DNA of 57,255 nucleotides from Eledone cirrhosa (GCA_964016885.1 CAXHJY010000116.1:1-57255); one strand, 5' to 3'; counted from the first letter of the stretch, positions 1 to 14,218 are shown. Translations and numbers: made by a program. Notes: a model not told the origin generated them from the sequence alone.

Positions 1-89
1 TGTGTATGTATTTATTTATCTTATTTTATTTTATTTTATTTACTTATTTATACTTCTCTTAGGTCAGTGTTGTTTGTTTGGGTGTTGTT

Positions 90-1140
90 GTTGTTCCACT
101 CATTCTTTCTGTTTAGCTTTGGTCTTCTAATTTCTATTTCACTGGCCTCTCTGATTTGCCTATCTGCTGGGTCATTCCTATGTTTAGATATTATTCTAAA
201 TTTCTATGTTGTCTATGTTACCGTCGTGTTGTTGTCTAGCATGTTCGTATAGTACTGACCCGTTTTTTCGTCCTTTTAGTTCCCCCCAGTGTTGGTCTAT
301 CCTTTCACCTATGCTACGAGCTGTCTCACCTATGTATGTTGTTGTCATGTTTCTGCAAGTACCCTCTGTACATCTTATGCTATAGACTACGTTTCTGGTT
401 TTACAGTTTACCCGGGGGTTCACCTTACATATGATACATTTCCTATTAGTACAGTGGGTTTTCTTAAAAGGGTAGGTTTTGCTGATCAGGGATTTTATGG
501 TGGTTCCTGGCTTTTCTACCACCTTTATTTTTAAGTGGGTCTTTCTCAGGGCCTTTCTACACTGGTTAGCTAATTTCCCTCCAGGGGTGGCATCCACAAA
601 CATGACACTCTGATATCTCTGGTTGTCGTACCATGATGTGGCCTTCCCTATCTTATGTCTAGCCCTATCTAAGCTATTCCATGATTTGCTCCTGTATAGT
701 GGGCAAATTCCTTTCATGTCCAGTTCTATGAGGGTCTTATACTTTTCCATGGCTCCTTCGTATACTCTGACTCTGTCTCTTTGGTTGTAGCCAGAGAACT
801 GCATGCGGTTGATGAAGTGTTGGATGTGTCCTTCCATTTCTGTTGGGTCGCACATGCTGGACACATTCTTCATCACTCGTACCAAATCTGCGATCAGAAT
901 ATTAAACTTAGCACTACTGGACATTGCTGAGTTTTTGAGTATCAGGTATTTGGAGGCCATGGGTTTAGCATAGTGTGAGTGGAGAATTTGGGCTCCTCTC
1001 GTCTATAGTGTTAATCCAGAGTTCTGTGTCTAATACAAGTAGTCTATTGTTAGGGTGTTTGGAAGGGAAGTCTATAGTTACAGTTATACTCTGGTGTATG
1101 GAATTAGCTATCTGCTGGATGCTTTCCATCGTGCTACGTT
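90..1140 (-). mobile_element. Penelope-like element (Neptune-like) fragment: RT C-terminus, Cys linker and GIY-YIG endonuclease, frameshifted
   Basis: ORF 196..960(-) has CTNRKCIIC...C then VVYSIRC...YIGET.RS...R..QH. After a frameshift it continues ...DPADRQIREASEIEIRRPKLNRKNEW. The upstream frame reads HPNNRLLVLDTELWI (RT C-terminal region). Confidence 0.85.
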
Positions 1141-1230
1141 CTAAATCAAACTTGTTAGTGCTCTCTAGTGGGGGGTGTTCTTATAACTATATTAATATAG
1201 TTATTAATATTACGCAAATATGACGCTCCC

Positions 1231-1320
<90 letters not shown>

Positions 1321-1324
<4 letters not shown>

Positions 1325-1642
1325 CATATATATATAAAGAAAACAATGTAGTAAGATTTTTTTATTGCGTATCGACCTGTTACGCGCGTTTCGCAAAGCA
1401 TTGGCTCAGGGTAATCCATAGGAGTTATGAACTCGACACTATTATCGATCTGTCACATCTCCAGTCTGAAGATCTGAAGAGCAGATCGATAATGGAGTCG
1501 AGTCCTTAACTCATATGGGTGACCCTGAGCCAATCCTCTGCGAAACGCGCGTAACAGATTGATGCCAATAACACATCTAAATACATGTAAAACGAATTAC
1601 ATGGAACATCGTAAACGATACATGTAAAATGGAGGAGCGACT
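1321..1642. mobile_element. Diverged fold-back element between (TA)n tracts carrying a hammerhead core
   Basis: Imperfect inverted arms at about 1377-1452 and 1482-1557. The + strand reads CTGAAGA(1474)-gcaga...tctgc-GAAA-cgcgcg-TA(1553). The 5' strand of stem I is lost at the fold. Confidence 0.7.
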
Positions 1643-1668
1643 TATATATATATATATATGATAATCTT

Positions 1669-1681
1669 GTCTCTCTCTCTT

Positions 1682-1713
<32 letters not shown>

Positions 1714-1771
1714 CTCTCTCTCCCCTCTCTCTCCCCTCTCGCTCTCTCTCTCTCTCTCTGTGTCTCTGTCT

Positions 1772-1829
<58 letters not shown>

Positions 1830-1840
1830 CTCCCTCTCTC

Positions 1841-1896
<56 letters not shown>

Positions 1897-1963
1897 TGGT
1901 GATAATCGTGATGGAGAATCTCCCTCTCTCTCTCTCTCTCTGCTGGTGATAATCGTGATGGAG

Positions 1964-2000
<37 letters not shown>

Positions 2001-2040
2001 CTCTGTCTCCCCCTCTCTCTCTCTCTCCTCTCTCTTCTCT

Positions 2041-2099
<59 letters not shown>

Positions 2100-2169
2100 T
2101 GGTGATAATCGTGATGGGAGAATCTCCCTCTCTCTCTCTCTCTCTGCTGGTCATAATCGTGATGGAGAA

Positions 2170-2204
<35 letters not shown>

Positions 2205-2307
2205 CTCCTATCTCTCTCCCCTCTCTCTCTCTCTCTGCTGGTGATAATCGTGATGGGAGAATCTCCCTCTCTCTCTCTCTCTCTGCTGGTGATAATCGTG
2301 ATGGGAG

Positions 2308-2361
<54 letters not shown>

Positions 2362-2378
2362 GATAATCGTGATGGAGA
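1669..2378. repeat. (CT)n microsatellite punctuated by a ~28-bp unit ctgctggtgataatcgtgatg(g)gagaat
   Basis: The unit recurs about 7 times, separated by CT tracts of variable length. Confidence 0.9.
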
Positions 2379-2509
2379 GCAACATTTGTGTGATGTTTCG
2401 AAAGGTAAATATATAGATAGACGTGAAGACATTTCTAAATACATAGTCCATGGAAAGTGAATGGTTAAAAGAGTATTTGCAAGTGTTTTCATTGGTCATA
2501 CAACGTTAA

Positions 2510-3210
2510 AACAACAACGCCACCACCGCCACTATCATCAATACTGCTACGAACAACATCAGCGCCATTAACGTCATAAACGCCCATTTCCACCTCTATC
2601 AACGTCACAAATGTCATAAACGCTATCTCCGTCTGTCAAGTCTATCGGCGCCGCCACAAACGTCATAAATGCTATCTCCGCTGCTATTAACGTCATTCTC
2701 CTCCTCACCATCACCGCCATCAAAGGCTTTAACGTCATGAACGTCATTCGTATCTCCGCCTGTATCGGCGCCGCCACAAACGTCATAAATGCTATCTCCG
2801 CTGCTATTAACGTCATTTCCTCCTCACCATCACCGCCATCAAAGGCTTTAACGTCATGAACGTCATTCGCTGCCATCAACTTTATCAACCGTCGTCGCCG
2901 TCGCCATCAGACTCATCAACGTTATTACGTCATAAACGTTCTCGCCGCCATTACTGCATCAACGCCATCCTCGCCGCTTACAACGGCACCATCACTGCCA
3001 TATACGCTGTCATCGTTATAAACGCTACCAACGCCATATACACTCCCAATGAATGCCACCTTGGCCATAAACGCCGCCACCGCTGTCACCGTCATCGCTA
3101 CCGACTCCGCCAGCAACGCCACCAGTGCCCTCACTACCCTCTCCTCCGCCACCACAGCAATCAACGCCTTCCTTCACCACCATCATCACCATGACCGCCA
3201 CCATCTCTAT
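2510..3210. repeat. Low-complexity CGCC/CATC region with a ~120-bp tandem duplication
   Basis: atcggcgccgccacaaacgtcataaatgct... starts at both 2644 and 2764. Confidence 0.75.
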
Positions 3211-3229
3211 CACCGACCTCATATCGATT

Positions 3230-3915
3230 TCTGATTTAGGCAAGAGACCAACAATTTGTAGGGCGAGGAAAGTCGATTAAATTGATCTCAGTGTATCACT
3301 GGTATTTTATTTTATCACCCCCGTAAGGATGAAAAGCAAAGATGACTCAGATGAAGAATCGACCCCAGTACTAGACTGGTACTTGGCGGGATTTGAACTC
3401 AAAGCGCAGAACAATTTTGTCCGATATTTCTAACTGTTATTCCACCACCCTTGCTACCCTTATAAGGGGTTTTGATTTAGGCACAAGGCCAACAATATAT
3501 TGGAGGAGGGGAAAGTCGATTAAAACGACCCCAGTGCGTTACTTGTACTTTATTTATTGACCACACCCCACCAATGACCAAAGGCAAAGTTAACCTCGGC
3601 AGGATTTGAACTCAAAACGATCCCCTGAAGATAAAATGCAAAGTTTAACTTGGTGGAATTTGAGCTCAGAATGTAGAAAGTCGTAGCTAAAGGCCGCAAA
3701 GTATTTCTAACGACTGTGACATTCTGTCATTCCACCATCCCACCATTTCACTGAAATTACCGCACTCACCGCCCTTATAATCAAGAAACAACTTACAACT
3801 TTCCTCACACCTCTTCCCCTCTGATGAAAAGAATGAAATGTAAAATTTAACTCGGCAGGATTTGATCCCAGAACGTAGAGAGAGTCGTAACTAAACGCCA
3901 CAAAACATTTCTAAC
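3230..3915 (-). mobile_element. Cluster of degenerate tRNA-derived SINE fragments (family 1)
   Basis: Repeated reverse complements of gagttcaaatcc(c/t)gccgaggttaactttgcctt and ggccttgtgcctaaa, matching the full copy at 29095-29275. Confidence 0.7.
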
Positions 3916-3919
3916 GACT

Positions 3920-4630
3920 GTGCCGTTCCACCATTCCACCATTCCGTCATTCCACCATTCCGCCATTCCGCCATTCCGTCATTCCGCCATTCCGTCATTC
4001 CACCATTCCACCATTCCGTCATTCCACCATTCCGCCACTTTACCATTCCACCATTCCACCATTCCGCCATTCCGCCATTCCACCATTCCGTCATTCCACC
4101 ATTCCGCCATTCCACCATTCCGCCATTCCGTCATTCCGCCATTCCGTCATTCCACCATTCCACCATTCCACCATTCCGTCATTCCACCATTCCGCCACTT
4201 TACCATTCCACCATTCCGTCATTCCACTATTCCGCCACTTTACCATTCCACCATTCCGCCATTTTGCCATTCCACCATTCCATCATTCCACCATTCCGCC
4301 ATTTTGCCATTTTGCCATTCCACCATTCCACTATTCCGCCATTCCACCATTCCGTCATTCCACCATTCCGTCATTCCACCATTCCACCATTCCGCCATTC
4401 CATCATTCCCCCATTCCGCCATTCCGCCATTTTGCCATTCCACCATTCCACCATTCCGTCATTCCACCATTCCGTCATTCCACCATTCCGCCACTTTACC
4501 ATTCCACCATTCCGCCATTTTGCCATTTCACCATTCCACCATTCCACTATTCCGCCATTCCACCATTCCGTCATTCCGTCATTCCACCATTCCGCCATTC
4601 CGTCATTCCATCATTCCGCTATTCCACCGC
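3920..4630. repeat. CCATT-based satellite (8-bp ccattcca/ccattccg/tcattcca units)
   Basis: Tandem periodicity is directly visible. Confidence 0.95.
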
Positions 4631-5279
4631 TCATAACGCACTCGCTGCCCATATAATTAAGAAACAACTTACAGCTTACCTCCCACCTCCTCCTCTCTGA
4701 TGAAAAGATAGCGGAACTCGAAGGAGAAGATCTTTAAAAAAAAAAAGAAGTGTCCTTTGTCACCTAAGATGGTGAACCGGTTTCAATCCTGGTGTTTGAA
4801 GTAGAGAACTACTCTCCTCCTCTCCATTAAATAATAAACAAAAAAACACCCCCAAAACAACATACAGACCAACAACAAAAAACATGACGACAGTCCACCA
4901 TTTTTCTTTAAGGAAAGCAAAGCCCTCACTATAATCATTAATCCTTAATCTTTCCTCCTCCCCTCCTCTCCCCCTTCCTCATATTCCTTATCCTCCTTCT
5001 TCTCCTCCTGCTCCCCGCCTTAGAAAAGCTATAAAACTTCTGAAGAATTCTTTTTTGAACTCCGCGGTTTTTTTTAAAAATCTAAATCTTAAAAAAATAA
5101 AAAATTGTTTTTATTTATTTATTCTATATATTTATTTATTTATTCTTTGTTTATTTGTTTGTTTATTTATTTATTTATTTATTCATTCATTTGTTGATTT
5201 ATTTATTTTTACACGATTGCTTCCCCTTTTTTCTTTTTGAATCTATAAAATCAATGACATTCCCCAAATGAAAGAAATG

Positions 5280-8200
5280 GTGGCGTTGTTGGAGATGTTG
5301 GCGTTGGTTTTAGTTTGGTGCTGTTTGTGGTGGTATTGGTGTTGGTGGTGGCGTTTTTATGGTGGTATTGGTGTTGGTGTTGTTGTTGGTGCTGCTAGTG
5401 CTGTTGTTGTTGTTGTTGCCGGTGGTGGTGTTGGTGGTGGCGTTGGTTTTAGTTTGGTGCTGTTTGTGGTGGTATTGGTGTTGGTGGTGGCGTTTTTATG
5501 GTGGTATTGGTCTTGGTGTTGTTGTTGGTGCTGTTAGTGCTGTTGTTGTTGTTGTTGTTGCCGGTGTTGTTGCCGGTGGCGGTGTTGGTGGTGGCGTTGG
5601 TTTTAGTTTCGTGGTGTTGTGGTGGTATTGGTGTTGGTGGTGGCGTTTTTGTGGTGTTATTGGTTGTGCTGTTGTTGTTGTTGCCGGTGGTGGTGGTGGT
5701 GTTCGTGATGTTGGTGTTGGTACTGGTGTTGCAATGGTGATGCTGGTGTTGGTGTTAGTGTTGGTAGTTATTGTATTAATGATAGTGTTGGTAGTGGTAG
5801 TAGTAGTATTGGTGGTAGTTGTAGTAGTCTTGGTAGCGTTGGTAGTAGTGGTGGTTGTGTGGTAGTTGTAGTGGTTGTAGTAGCGGTGGTTGTGGTGGTA
5901 GTAATGGTAATGTCTTGGTTGTAGTGTTTAGTGGTAGTAGTGGTTGTGTGGTAGTTGTAGTGGTCGTAGTGGTTGTAGTAGCGATGGTTGTGGTGGTAGT
6001 AATGGTAATGTCTTGGTTGTAGTGTTTAGTGGTAGTGGTGGTTGTGTGGTAGTTGTAGTGGTTGTAGTAGCGATGGTTGTGGTGGTAGTAATGGTAATGT
6101 GATGACAGTCGTAATGTCTTGGTTGTAGTATTTAGTGGTAGTGGTGGTTGTGTGGTAGTTGTAGTGGTTGTAGTAGCGGTGGTTGCGGTGGTAGTAATGG
6201 TAATGTCTTGGTTGTAGTGTTTAGTGGTGGTTGTGTGGTAGTTGTAGTGGTTGTAGTAGCGGTGGTTGCGGTGGTAGTAATGGTAATGTCTTGGTTGTAG
6301 TGTTTAGTGGTAGTGGTGGTTGTGTGGTAGTTGTAGTGGTTGTAGTAGCGGTGGTTGTGGTGGTAGTAATGGTAATGTCTTGGTTGTAGTGTTTAGTGGT
6401 AGTGGTGGTTGTGTGGTAGTTGTAGTGGTTGTAGTAGCGATGGTTGTGGTGGTAGTAATGGTAATGTCTTGGTTGTAGTGTTTAGTGGTAGTGGTGGTTG
6501 TGTGGTAGTTGTAGTGGTTGTAGTAGCGATGGTTGTGGTGGTAGTAATGGTAATGTCTTGGTTGTAGTGTTTAGTGGTAGTGGTGGTTGTGTGGTAGTTG
6601 TAGTGGTTGTAGTAGCGATGGTTGTGGTGGTAGTAATAGTAATGTGATGACAGTGGTAATGTCTTGGTTGTAGTATTTAGTGGTAGTGGTGGTTGTGTGG
6701 TAGTTGTAATGGTTGTAGTAGCGATGGTTGTGGTGGTAGTAATAGTAATGTGATGACAGTGGTAATGTCTTGGTTGTAGTATTTAGTGGTAGTGGTGGTT
6801 GTGTGGTAGTTGTAGTGGTTGTAGTAGCGGTGGTTGCGGTGGTAGTAATGGTAATGTCTTGGTTGTAGTGTTTAGTGGTAGTGGTGGTTGTGTGGTAGTT
6901 GTAGTGGTTGTAGTAGCGATGGTTGTGGTGGTAGTAATGGTAATGTCTTGGTTGTAGTGTTTAGTGGTAGTGGTGGTTGTGTGGTAGTTGTAGTGGTTGT
7001 AGTAGCGATGGTTGTGGTGGTAGTAATGGAAATGTGATGACAGTGGTAATGTCTTGGTTGTAGTATTTAGTGGTAGTGGTGGTTGTGTGGTAGTTGTAGT
7101 GGTTGTAGTAGCGATGGTTGTGGTGGTAGTAATGGTAATGTCTTGGTTGTAGTGTTTAGTGGTAGTGGTGGTTGTGTGGTAGTTGTAGTGGTTGTAGTAG
7201 CGATGGTTGTGGTGGTAGTAATGGTAATGTCTTGGTTGTAGTGTTTAGTGGTAGTGGTGGTTGTGTGGTTGTTGTAGTGGCTGTAGTAGCAGTAATGGTA
7301 ATGTCTTGGTTGTAGTGTTTAGTGGTAGTGGTGGTTGTGTGGTAGTTGTAATGGTTGTAGTAGCGATGGTTGTGGTGGTAGTAATGGTAATGTCTTGGTT
7401 GTAGTGTTTAGTGGTAGTGGTGGTTGTGTGGTAGTTGTAGTGGTTGTAGTAGCGATGGTTGTGGTGGTAGTAATGGTAATGTCTTGGTTGTAGTGTTTAG
7501 TGGTAGTGGTGGTTGTGTGGTTGTTGTAGTGGCTGTAGTAGCAGTAATGGTAATGTCTTGGTTGTAGTGTTTAGTGGTAGTGGTGGTTGTGTGGTAGTTG
7601 TAATGGTTGTAGTAGCGATGGTTGTGGTGGTAGTAATGGTAATGTCTTGGTTGTAGTGTTTAGTGGTGGTTGTGTGGTAGTTGTAGTGGTTGTAGTAGCG
7701 ATGGTTGTGGTGGTAGTAATGGTAATGTCTTGGTTGTAGTGTTTAGTGGTAGTGGTGGTTGTGTGGTAGTTGTAGTGGTTGTTGTAGTGGCTGTAGTAGC
7801 AGTAATGGTAATGTCTTGGTTGTAGTGTTTAGTGGTAGTGGTGGTTGTGTGGTAGTTGTAATGGTTGTAGTAGCGATGGTTGTGGTGGTAGTAATGGTAA
7901 TGTCTTGGTTGTAGTGTTTAGTGGTAGTGGTGGTTGTGTGGTAGTTGTAATGGTTGTAGTAGCGATGGTTGTGGTGGTAGTAATGGTAATGTCTTGGTTG
8001 TAGTGTTTAGTGGTAGTGGTGATCGTGTGGTAGTTGTAATGGTTGTAGTAGCAGTAATGGTAATGTCTTGGTTGTAGTGTTTAGTGGTAGTGGTGGTTGT
8101 GTGGTAGTTGTAATGGTTGTAGTAGCGATGGTTGTGGTGGTAGTAATGGTAATGTGATGACAGTGGTAATGTCTTGGTTGTAGTGTTTAGTGGTAGAGGT

Positions 8201-8280
8201 GGTTGTGTGGTAGTTGTAGTGGTTGTAGTAGCGGTGGTTGTGGTTGTGGTGGTAGTTGTAGTGGTTGTAGTAGCGATGTT
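5280..8280. repeat. GT-rich low-complexity tract and ~63-bp minisatellite (gtaatgtcttggttgtagtgtttagtgg...)
   Basis: The unit is repeated more than 30 times from about 5860 to 8280. Confidence 0.95.
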
Positions 8281-8327
8281 TTATGACGATAATTTGACAT
8301 TGTGATACAAGTGGAAGATGTGTTTAA

Positions 8328-11185
8328 TGACGACGACGACGTTGACAACGACGACGACGTTGACAACGACGATGACGATGACGATGACAACGACGACGAC
8401 GTTGACAACGACGATGACAACGACGTTCACAACGACGATGACAACGACGTTGACAACGACGACGACGTTGACAACGACGACGAGACCGATGACAATTACA
8501 CCGATGATGATTACGATGACACTGACGAAGGCGACGATGACAACGACGACGACGACAGCAACGATGTTGACAATGACGAGGACAACGATGATAACGACGT
8601 TGACAACGACGACAATGACGATCATATAACGACGGCGTTGAAAACCATGACAACAACGACGACACGAAAACAACGCCGCGACGACAACGGCGATGACAAT
8701 AACGACGAAAACTACAACGACGACGGAGATGATGACAACGGCGATGATGATAGCGACGACGACGACAACAACGATGGCAACGATAACAACGTCGACGATG
8801 ATAGCAACAACGACGACGACGATGACAACGTCGATGATGATAGCAACGACGACGACGACGATGACAACGTCGACGATGATAGCAACGACGACGACGACGA
8901 TGACAACGTCGACGATGATAGCAACGACGACGATGACAACGTCGATGATGATAGCAACGACAACGTCGACGATGATAGCAACGACAACGACGACGATGAC
9001 AACGTCGATGATGATAGCAACGACAACGACGACGATGACAACGTCGATGATGATAGCAACGACAACGTCGACGATGATAGCAACGACAACGACGACGATG
9101 ACAACGTCGATGATGATAGCAACGACAACGTCGACGATGATAGCAACGACAACGACGACGATGACAACGTCGATGATGATAGCAACGACAACGTCGACGA
9201 TGATAGCAACGACAACGTCGATGATGATAGCAACGACAACGACGACGATGACAACGTCGATGATGATAGCAACGACAACGACGACGATGACAACGTCGAT
9301 GATGATAGCAACGACAACGTCGACGATGATAGCAACGACAACGTCGATGATGATAGCAACGACAACGACGACGATGACAACGTCGATGATGATAGCAACG
9401 ACAACGTCGACGATGATAGCAACGACAACGACGACGATGACAACGTCGATGATGATAGCAACGACAACGTCGACGATGATAGCAACGACAACGTCGATGA
9501 TGATAGCAACGACAACGACGACGATGACAACGTCGATGATGATAGCAACGACAACGACGACGATGACAACGTCGATGATGATAGCAACGACAACGTCGAC
9601 GATGATAGCAACGACAACGTCGATGATGATAGCAACGACAACGACGACGATGACAACGTCGATGATGATAGCAACGACAACGTCGACGATGATAGCAACG
9701 ACAACGACGACGATGACAACGTCGATGATGATAGCAACGACAACGTCGACGATGATAGCAACGACAACGTCGATGATGATAGCAACGACAACGACGACGA
9801 TGACAACGTCGATGATGATAGCAACGACAACGTCGATGATGATAGCAACGACAACGACGACGATGACAACGTCGATGATGATAGCAACGACAACGACGAC
9901 GATGACAACGTCGATGATGATAGCAACGACAACGTCGACGATGATAGCAACGACAACGTCGATGATGATAGCAACGACAACGACGACGATGACAACGTCG
10001 ATGATGATAACAACGACGACGATGACAACGTCGATGATGATAGCAACGACAACGACGACGATGACAACGTCGATGATGATAGCAACGACAACGACGACGA
10101 TGACGACGTCGACGATGATAGCAACAACAACGACGACGATGACAACGTCGATGATGATAGCAACGACAACGACGACGATGACGACGTCGACGATGATAGC
10201 AACAACAACGACGACGATGACAACGTCGACAATGACAACGTCGACGATGATAGCAACGACAACGACGACGATGACGACGTCGACGATGATAGCAACGACA
10301 ACGACGACGATGACAACGTCGACGATGATAGCAACGACAGCGTCGACGATGACAACGTCGACGATGACAACGTCGACGATGATAGCAACGACAACGTCGA
10401 CGATGATAGCAACGACAACGTCGATGATGATAGCAACGACAACGTCGACGATGATAGCAACGACAACGACGACGATGACAACGTCGACGATGATAGCAAC
10501 GACAACGACGACGATGACAACGTCGACGATGATAGCAACGACAACGACGACGATGACAACGTCGACGATGATAGCAACGACAACGACGACGATGACAACG
10601 TCGACGATGATAGCAACGACAACGACGACGATGACAACGTCGACGATGATAGCAACGACAACGTCGATGATGATAGCAACGACAACGTCGACGATGACAA
10701 CGTCGACGATGATAGCAACGACAACGTCGACGATGACAACGTCGACGATGATAGCAACGACAACGTCGACGATGACAACGTCGACGATGATAGCAACGAC
10801 AACGTCGACGATGATAGAAACGACAACGACGACGATGATAGCAACGACGACGATGACAACGTCGACGATGATAGAAACGACAACGATGACGATGGCAACG
10901 ATAACAACGTCGACGATGATAGCAACGATGACGATGACAACGTCGACGATGATAGAAACGACAACGATGACGATGGCAACGATAACAACGTCGACGATGA
11001 TAGCAACAAGAACGATGACGATGACAACGATAACAACGTCGACGATGATGATGACGACGACGATGACAACGATGACAATGATAACAACGTTGACAACGAT
11101 GACAATGATAACAACGTTGACAACGATGACAATGATAACAAAAACAACGGCAACGATGACAACAACGATAACGACGATGATAAAT
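8328..11185. repeat. Triplet-based CpG-rich minisatellite (21- and 33-bp units, gacaacgtcgaYgatgatagcaac)
   Basis: Tandem units. Several reading frames are open because the units are multiples of 3 and lack stops. Confidence 0.95.
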
Positions 11186-11392
11186 GTGGTGATGGTGCTA
11201 AATAATTATCATTGTTTCATATTTTATTCATTACATTGCCATTTTTCTGTTTCACTCAGCGCTACACACATCCCATCCCTAACATTTCCTTATCGCAACA
11301 TATGGAATTTCTTTCATCAAATCCAATATGTCTGCCATTCACTTTTATATTTCTTTACTTCACCAGTCAAATAGTGCGTTAACGTTTATTTA

Positions 11393-11423
<31 letters not shown>

Positions 11424-11790
11424 CTAAGGCGGGTAAAATTCCCGAGATCCATGGACGAGTTCTCTCCAGCGGTCTCTGTCCCTCATTATCGCTGCCATGT
11501 CCTGCGTCTCCAACAGACCAGTGTCTGTCCTTAGGGCATCAACATACGTTAACCTTGGTCTTCCTCTTCTAGTGTGTCCATGTATGGGCTCCCAAAGGAG
11601 CATTGAGTGCAATGTCAACTCTGGATGTCGGTGAGCATGTCCAGCTAACCTCAGTCTCCTCTGTATCACTTTTGAGCTGACTTTTGGGATGCTCCCATAC
11701 AGCTCTGAGTTTTTCATCCTCAGTGTATACTGATTAATGTTCAGAGCCATCCTCAGCATTCTCGTGTAGCACCCATCCACCATCTGAGTT
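11424..11790 (-). mobile_element. RTE-clade LINE 3' fragment
   Basis: DGCYTRMLRMALNI...RRLRLAGH..RH......LLWEP..G...RGRP..TYVD.L....MRDRDRWR. The stop codon runs directly into (TA)n. Confidence 0.85.
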
Positions 11791-11804
11791 AATATATATA
11801 TATA

Positions 11805-12840
11805 TTAATAAAAGGAATTCCAACTTTGTCTGATTTACTCGTTTTATTTACAATCCTTTAAAATTATAATGATATTATAATGAAATAGTATGGTAGAATA
11901 TTAAATGTTAAGTTTTAATTGAACAAGTACTTTCATACTTTCACAATTTTCAGGTTCATATTCAGTGGTGACAGTCAAGTTTGCAATTTTCAACTGTAAT
12001 GAGATGGGTAAATTCTGTGCCTTATATACAGTAAAAAGGGGCTACAGAATGCTAAGTTTTGCAAACTGTATTTCGACCAATCGGTGTGTAGTTTCCCTAG
12101 ATTACTAAAGCTGATTGGTTTAGGCGTCACGGTTGGTTGAGCATGTCTAACGACTTCTATTTGACCCTATCCAAAGCATCAATTGTTTTGCTATTTTTAG
12201 AAATGATGAAAATAGCATTTTCTAGGGTTTTTATAAAGAATCTTCAGTAATCATCACCATCAACATCACTTTTATTATTATTATTGTTGTTGTTAGTGGT
12301 GGTAGTCGACATGGTCGTAGTCATAGTAGGAGTAATACCCCTAAGCATTATTATTGTTCATTTAGCTTGGGTTGGAATTTATCAATAAAATTCTTTTCTT
12401 TAATTTTTCTCTTGATTTCACTTGGGCTGTGTAATTTGTAGAATGGAAATATTATAAATATTTTCTGACAACATGTTGCTAGATGGTTACTCAGGGGTAC
12501 CTGACGGACATTTGGGTCTCTGATTTGCTGTCGGTGCACCCGTGCACGTTCCGATAGTGCATTTCCAGTTTGACCGACATATAGTTCTTCACAATTCGGG
12601 CATTTAATGCAGTAAATTAGATTTCTGCTTTTGCAGTTCATATTTGCATTTGGGGATATTTTACCAGTTTTTGTGTTCATATATTGACCAGTGTGTATGG
12701 ATTGACATGTGCCACATCGACTATCATTGCATTTAGATACAGTGAATGATTGGTCTTTGTTGTTAAGGTCAAACTTTGCCTTTGTTAGTAATTGCTTCAA
12801 ATTTTTCGGCTGTCTTTTACTAAGAGTCAAAGATCGGTCT
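11805..12840 (-). mobile_element. Neptune-like PLE 3' fragment: Zn-finger linker, GIY-YIG and 3' UTR
   Basis: ORF 12351..12830: RQPKNLKQLL, CNDSRCGTC...C, NLIYCIKCPNC..LYVGQT...L..R...H, KEKNFI.KFQPKLN. Confidence 0.88.
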
Positions 12841-12844
12841 GTGA

Positions 12845-14218
12845 TTAAACCTTTTTTTGGGGAATCGTATTTACTAGTAGAGAGAGAGAGAGAGAGAGAG
12901 AGGGAGAGGAAGGGGGAGAAGAATTAGGAAGTAGAGGGACAAACGGAGATGGAGGGAGGGGTAAAGATAGAAGGATTCCTCGATCAGTTTTGATTCGTAG
13001 ATTTGATGTCGTCAATTTACAGTGTAGGGAGTTAAAGAGAATTAAATTGTTTGTAGTGGGAGGGAGAGAGATAAGGAGATAAATATATATATAAAAAGAA
13101 GAAAAGAAAAGAGAACAAGAAAAAGAAAAAAGGAATGGAGGAGGAGGAGAGAGAGAGGGACATAAGTATTGGTTACTATGGGTAATTAAAGGGGTTAGAT
13201 TCAATAAGAGGGTAGAAAGTCTAAGTATATGCAGTTTGTCAGGTGGGAGTAGGGTGTTAAGGGTTCGATTTGCACTTGTAGTGCGAACATTTTTCTTTAA
13301 GTCTATGGTTGCAATAAATTGATCTTTCGACTTTATTGTTGAGTAACTTATTCTTCGAACTCAAAATGTGGAACAGTTCAAGGTCACATAACCGACAGCT
13401 TCTCATACCACTCCGATATGCAGACGCGTTCGATAATTTCTTCCACTTCAGGGTGTATTGCTGGTTACTTTCCATCAGTTTCCAGGTTTTGTTCGCAAGG
13501 GTAGTTACATAACGATGCTGGGAATGTTTCATTGCGTAACGATGTGTATACCAACGAGCTTTAAATGTATTCCCAGTCGCTCCGATGTAATACCATTTCT
13601 GGTTGTCTGATTCGACTGTGCATTGGTAAACCAGGTTAGACTGCATACATTCATTATGCAATGGACAGGTTTCAGGTAGGTGGCAATTACAATTCTTGTC
13701 ATGGGCAACTTTGTGGCATTATTGGTGGGTTGCGATGCACAAGTGTGTTACGTTTTGTTTGCCTTCTAGTGGGTGGTTGTGTATTAGATATTCTGTTGTG
13801 TTCGATGGTAATTGTATTGTTATTGTTATAAATGTGTGTTCCGGTGTTGTTACGTATCTTTTTAGCGTTAATCATCTTAATGCGTGCCTCTATGTTTGGT
13901 GCAGTGGAGTAAGATAGTCTGAGAGATTTAGTGTCAATAAAATCGAAAGATCAATTTATTGCAACCATAGACTTAAAGAAAAATGTTCGCACTACAAGTG
14001 TAAATCGAACCCTTAACCCCCTACTACCACCTGACAAACAGCATATACTTAGACTTTCTACCTTCTTATTGAATCTAACCCCTTTAATTACCCATAGTAA
14101 CCAATACTTAAGTCCCTTTCTCCTCCTCCATTCCTTTTTTCTTTTTTCGTTTTCTTCTTTTCTTCTCTCCCTTTTTCTTGTTCTCTTTTCTTTTCTTCTT
14201 TTTTTCTCCCCCCCCCCC

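Noticed and set aside
1890-2380. CRISPR-like 28-bp repeats with spacers
   Set aside because: The spacers are pure (CT)n, there are no cas genes and the context is eukaryotic. It is a compound minisatellite.
3821-3850. CTGATGA...GAAA at 3821, and CTGATGA at 4697, 30573 and 34071
   Set aside because: No supporting stems or no downstream GAAA-stem-TH. These are chance matches or SINE-derived.
12200-12255. Possible hammerhead in the Neptune 3' UTR (minus CTGAAGA...GAAA-atgctat-TT)
   Set aside because: Stem II does not pair and stem I is offset. Too degenerate to call.
13690-13710. In-frame TGA in the Naiad linker as selenocysteine
   Set aside because: The TGA lies next to a frameshift, not at a conserved Cys, and I identified no SECIS.
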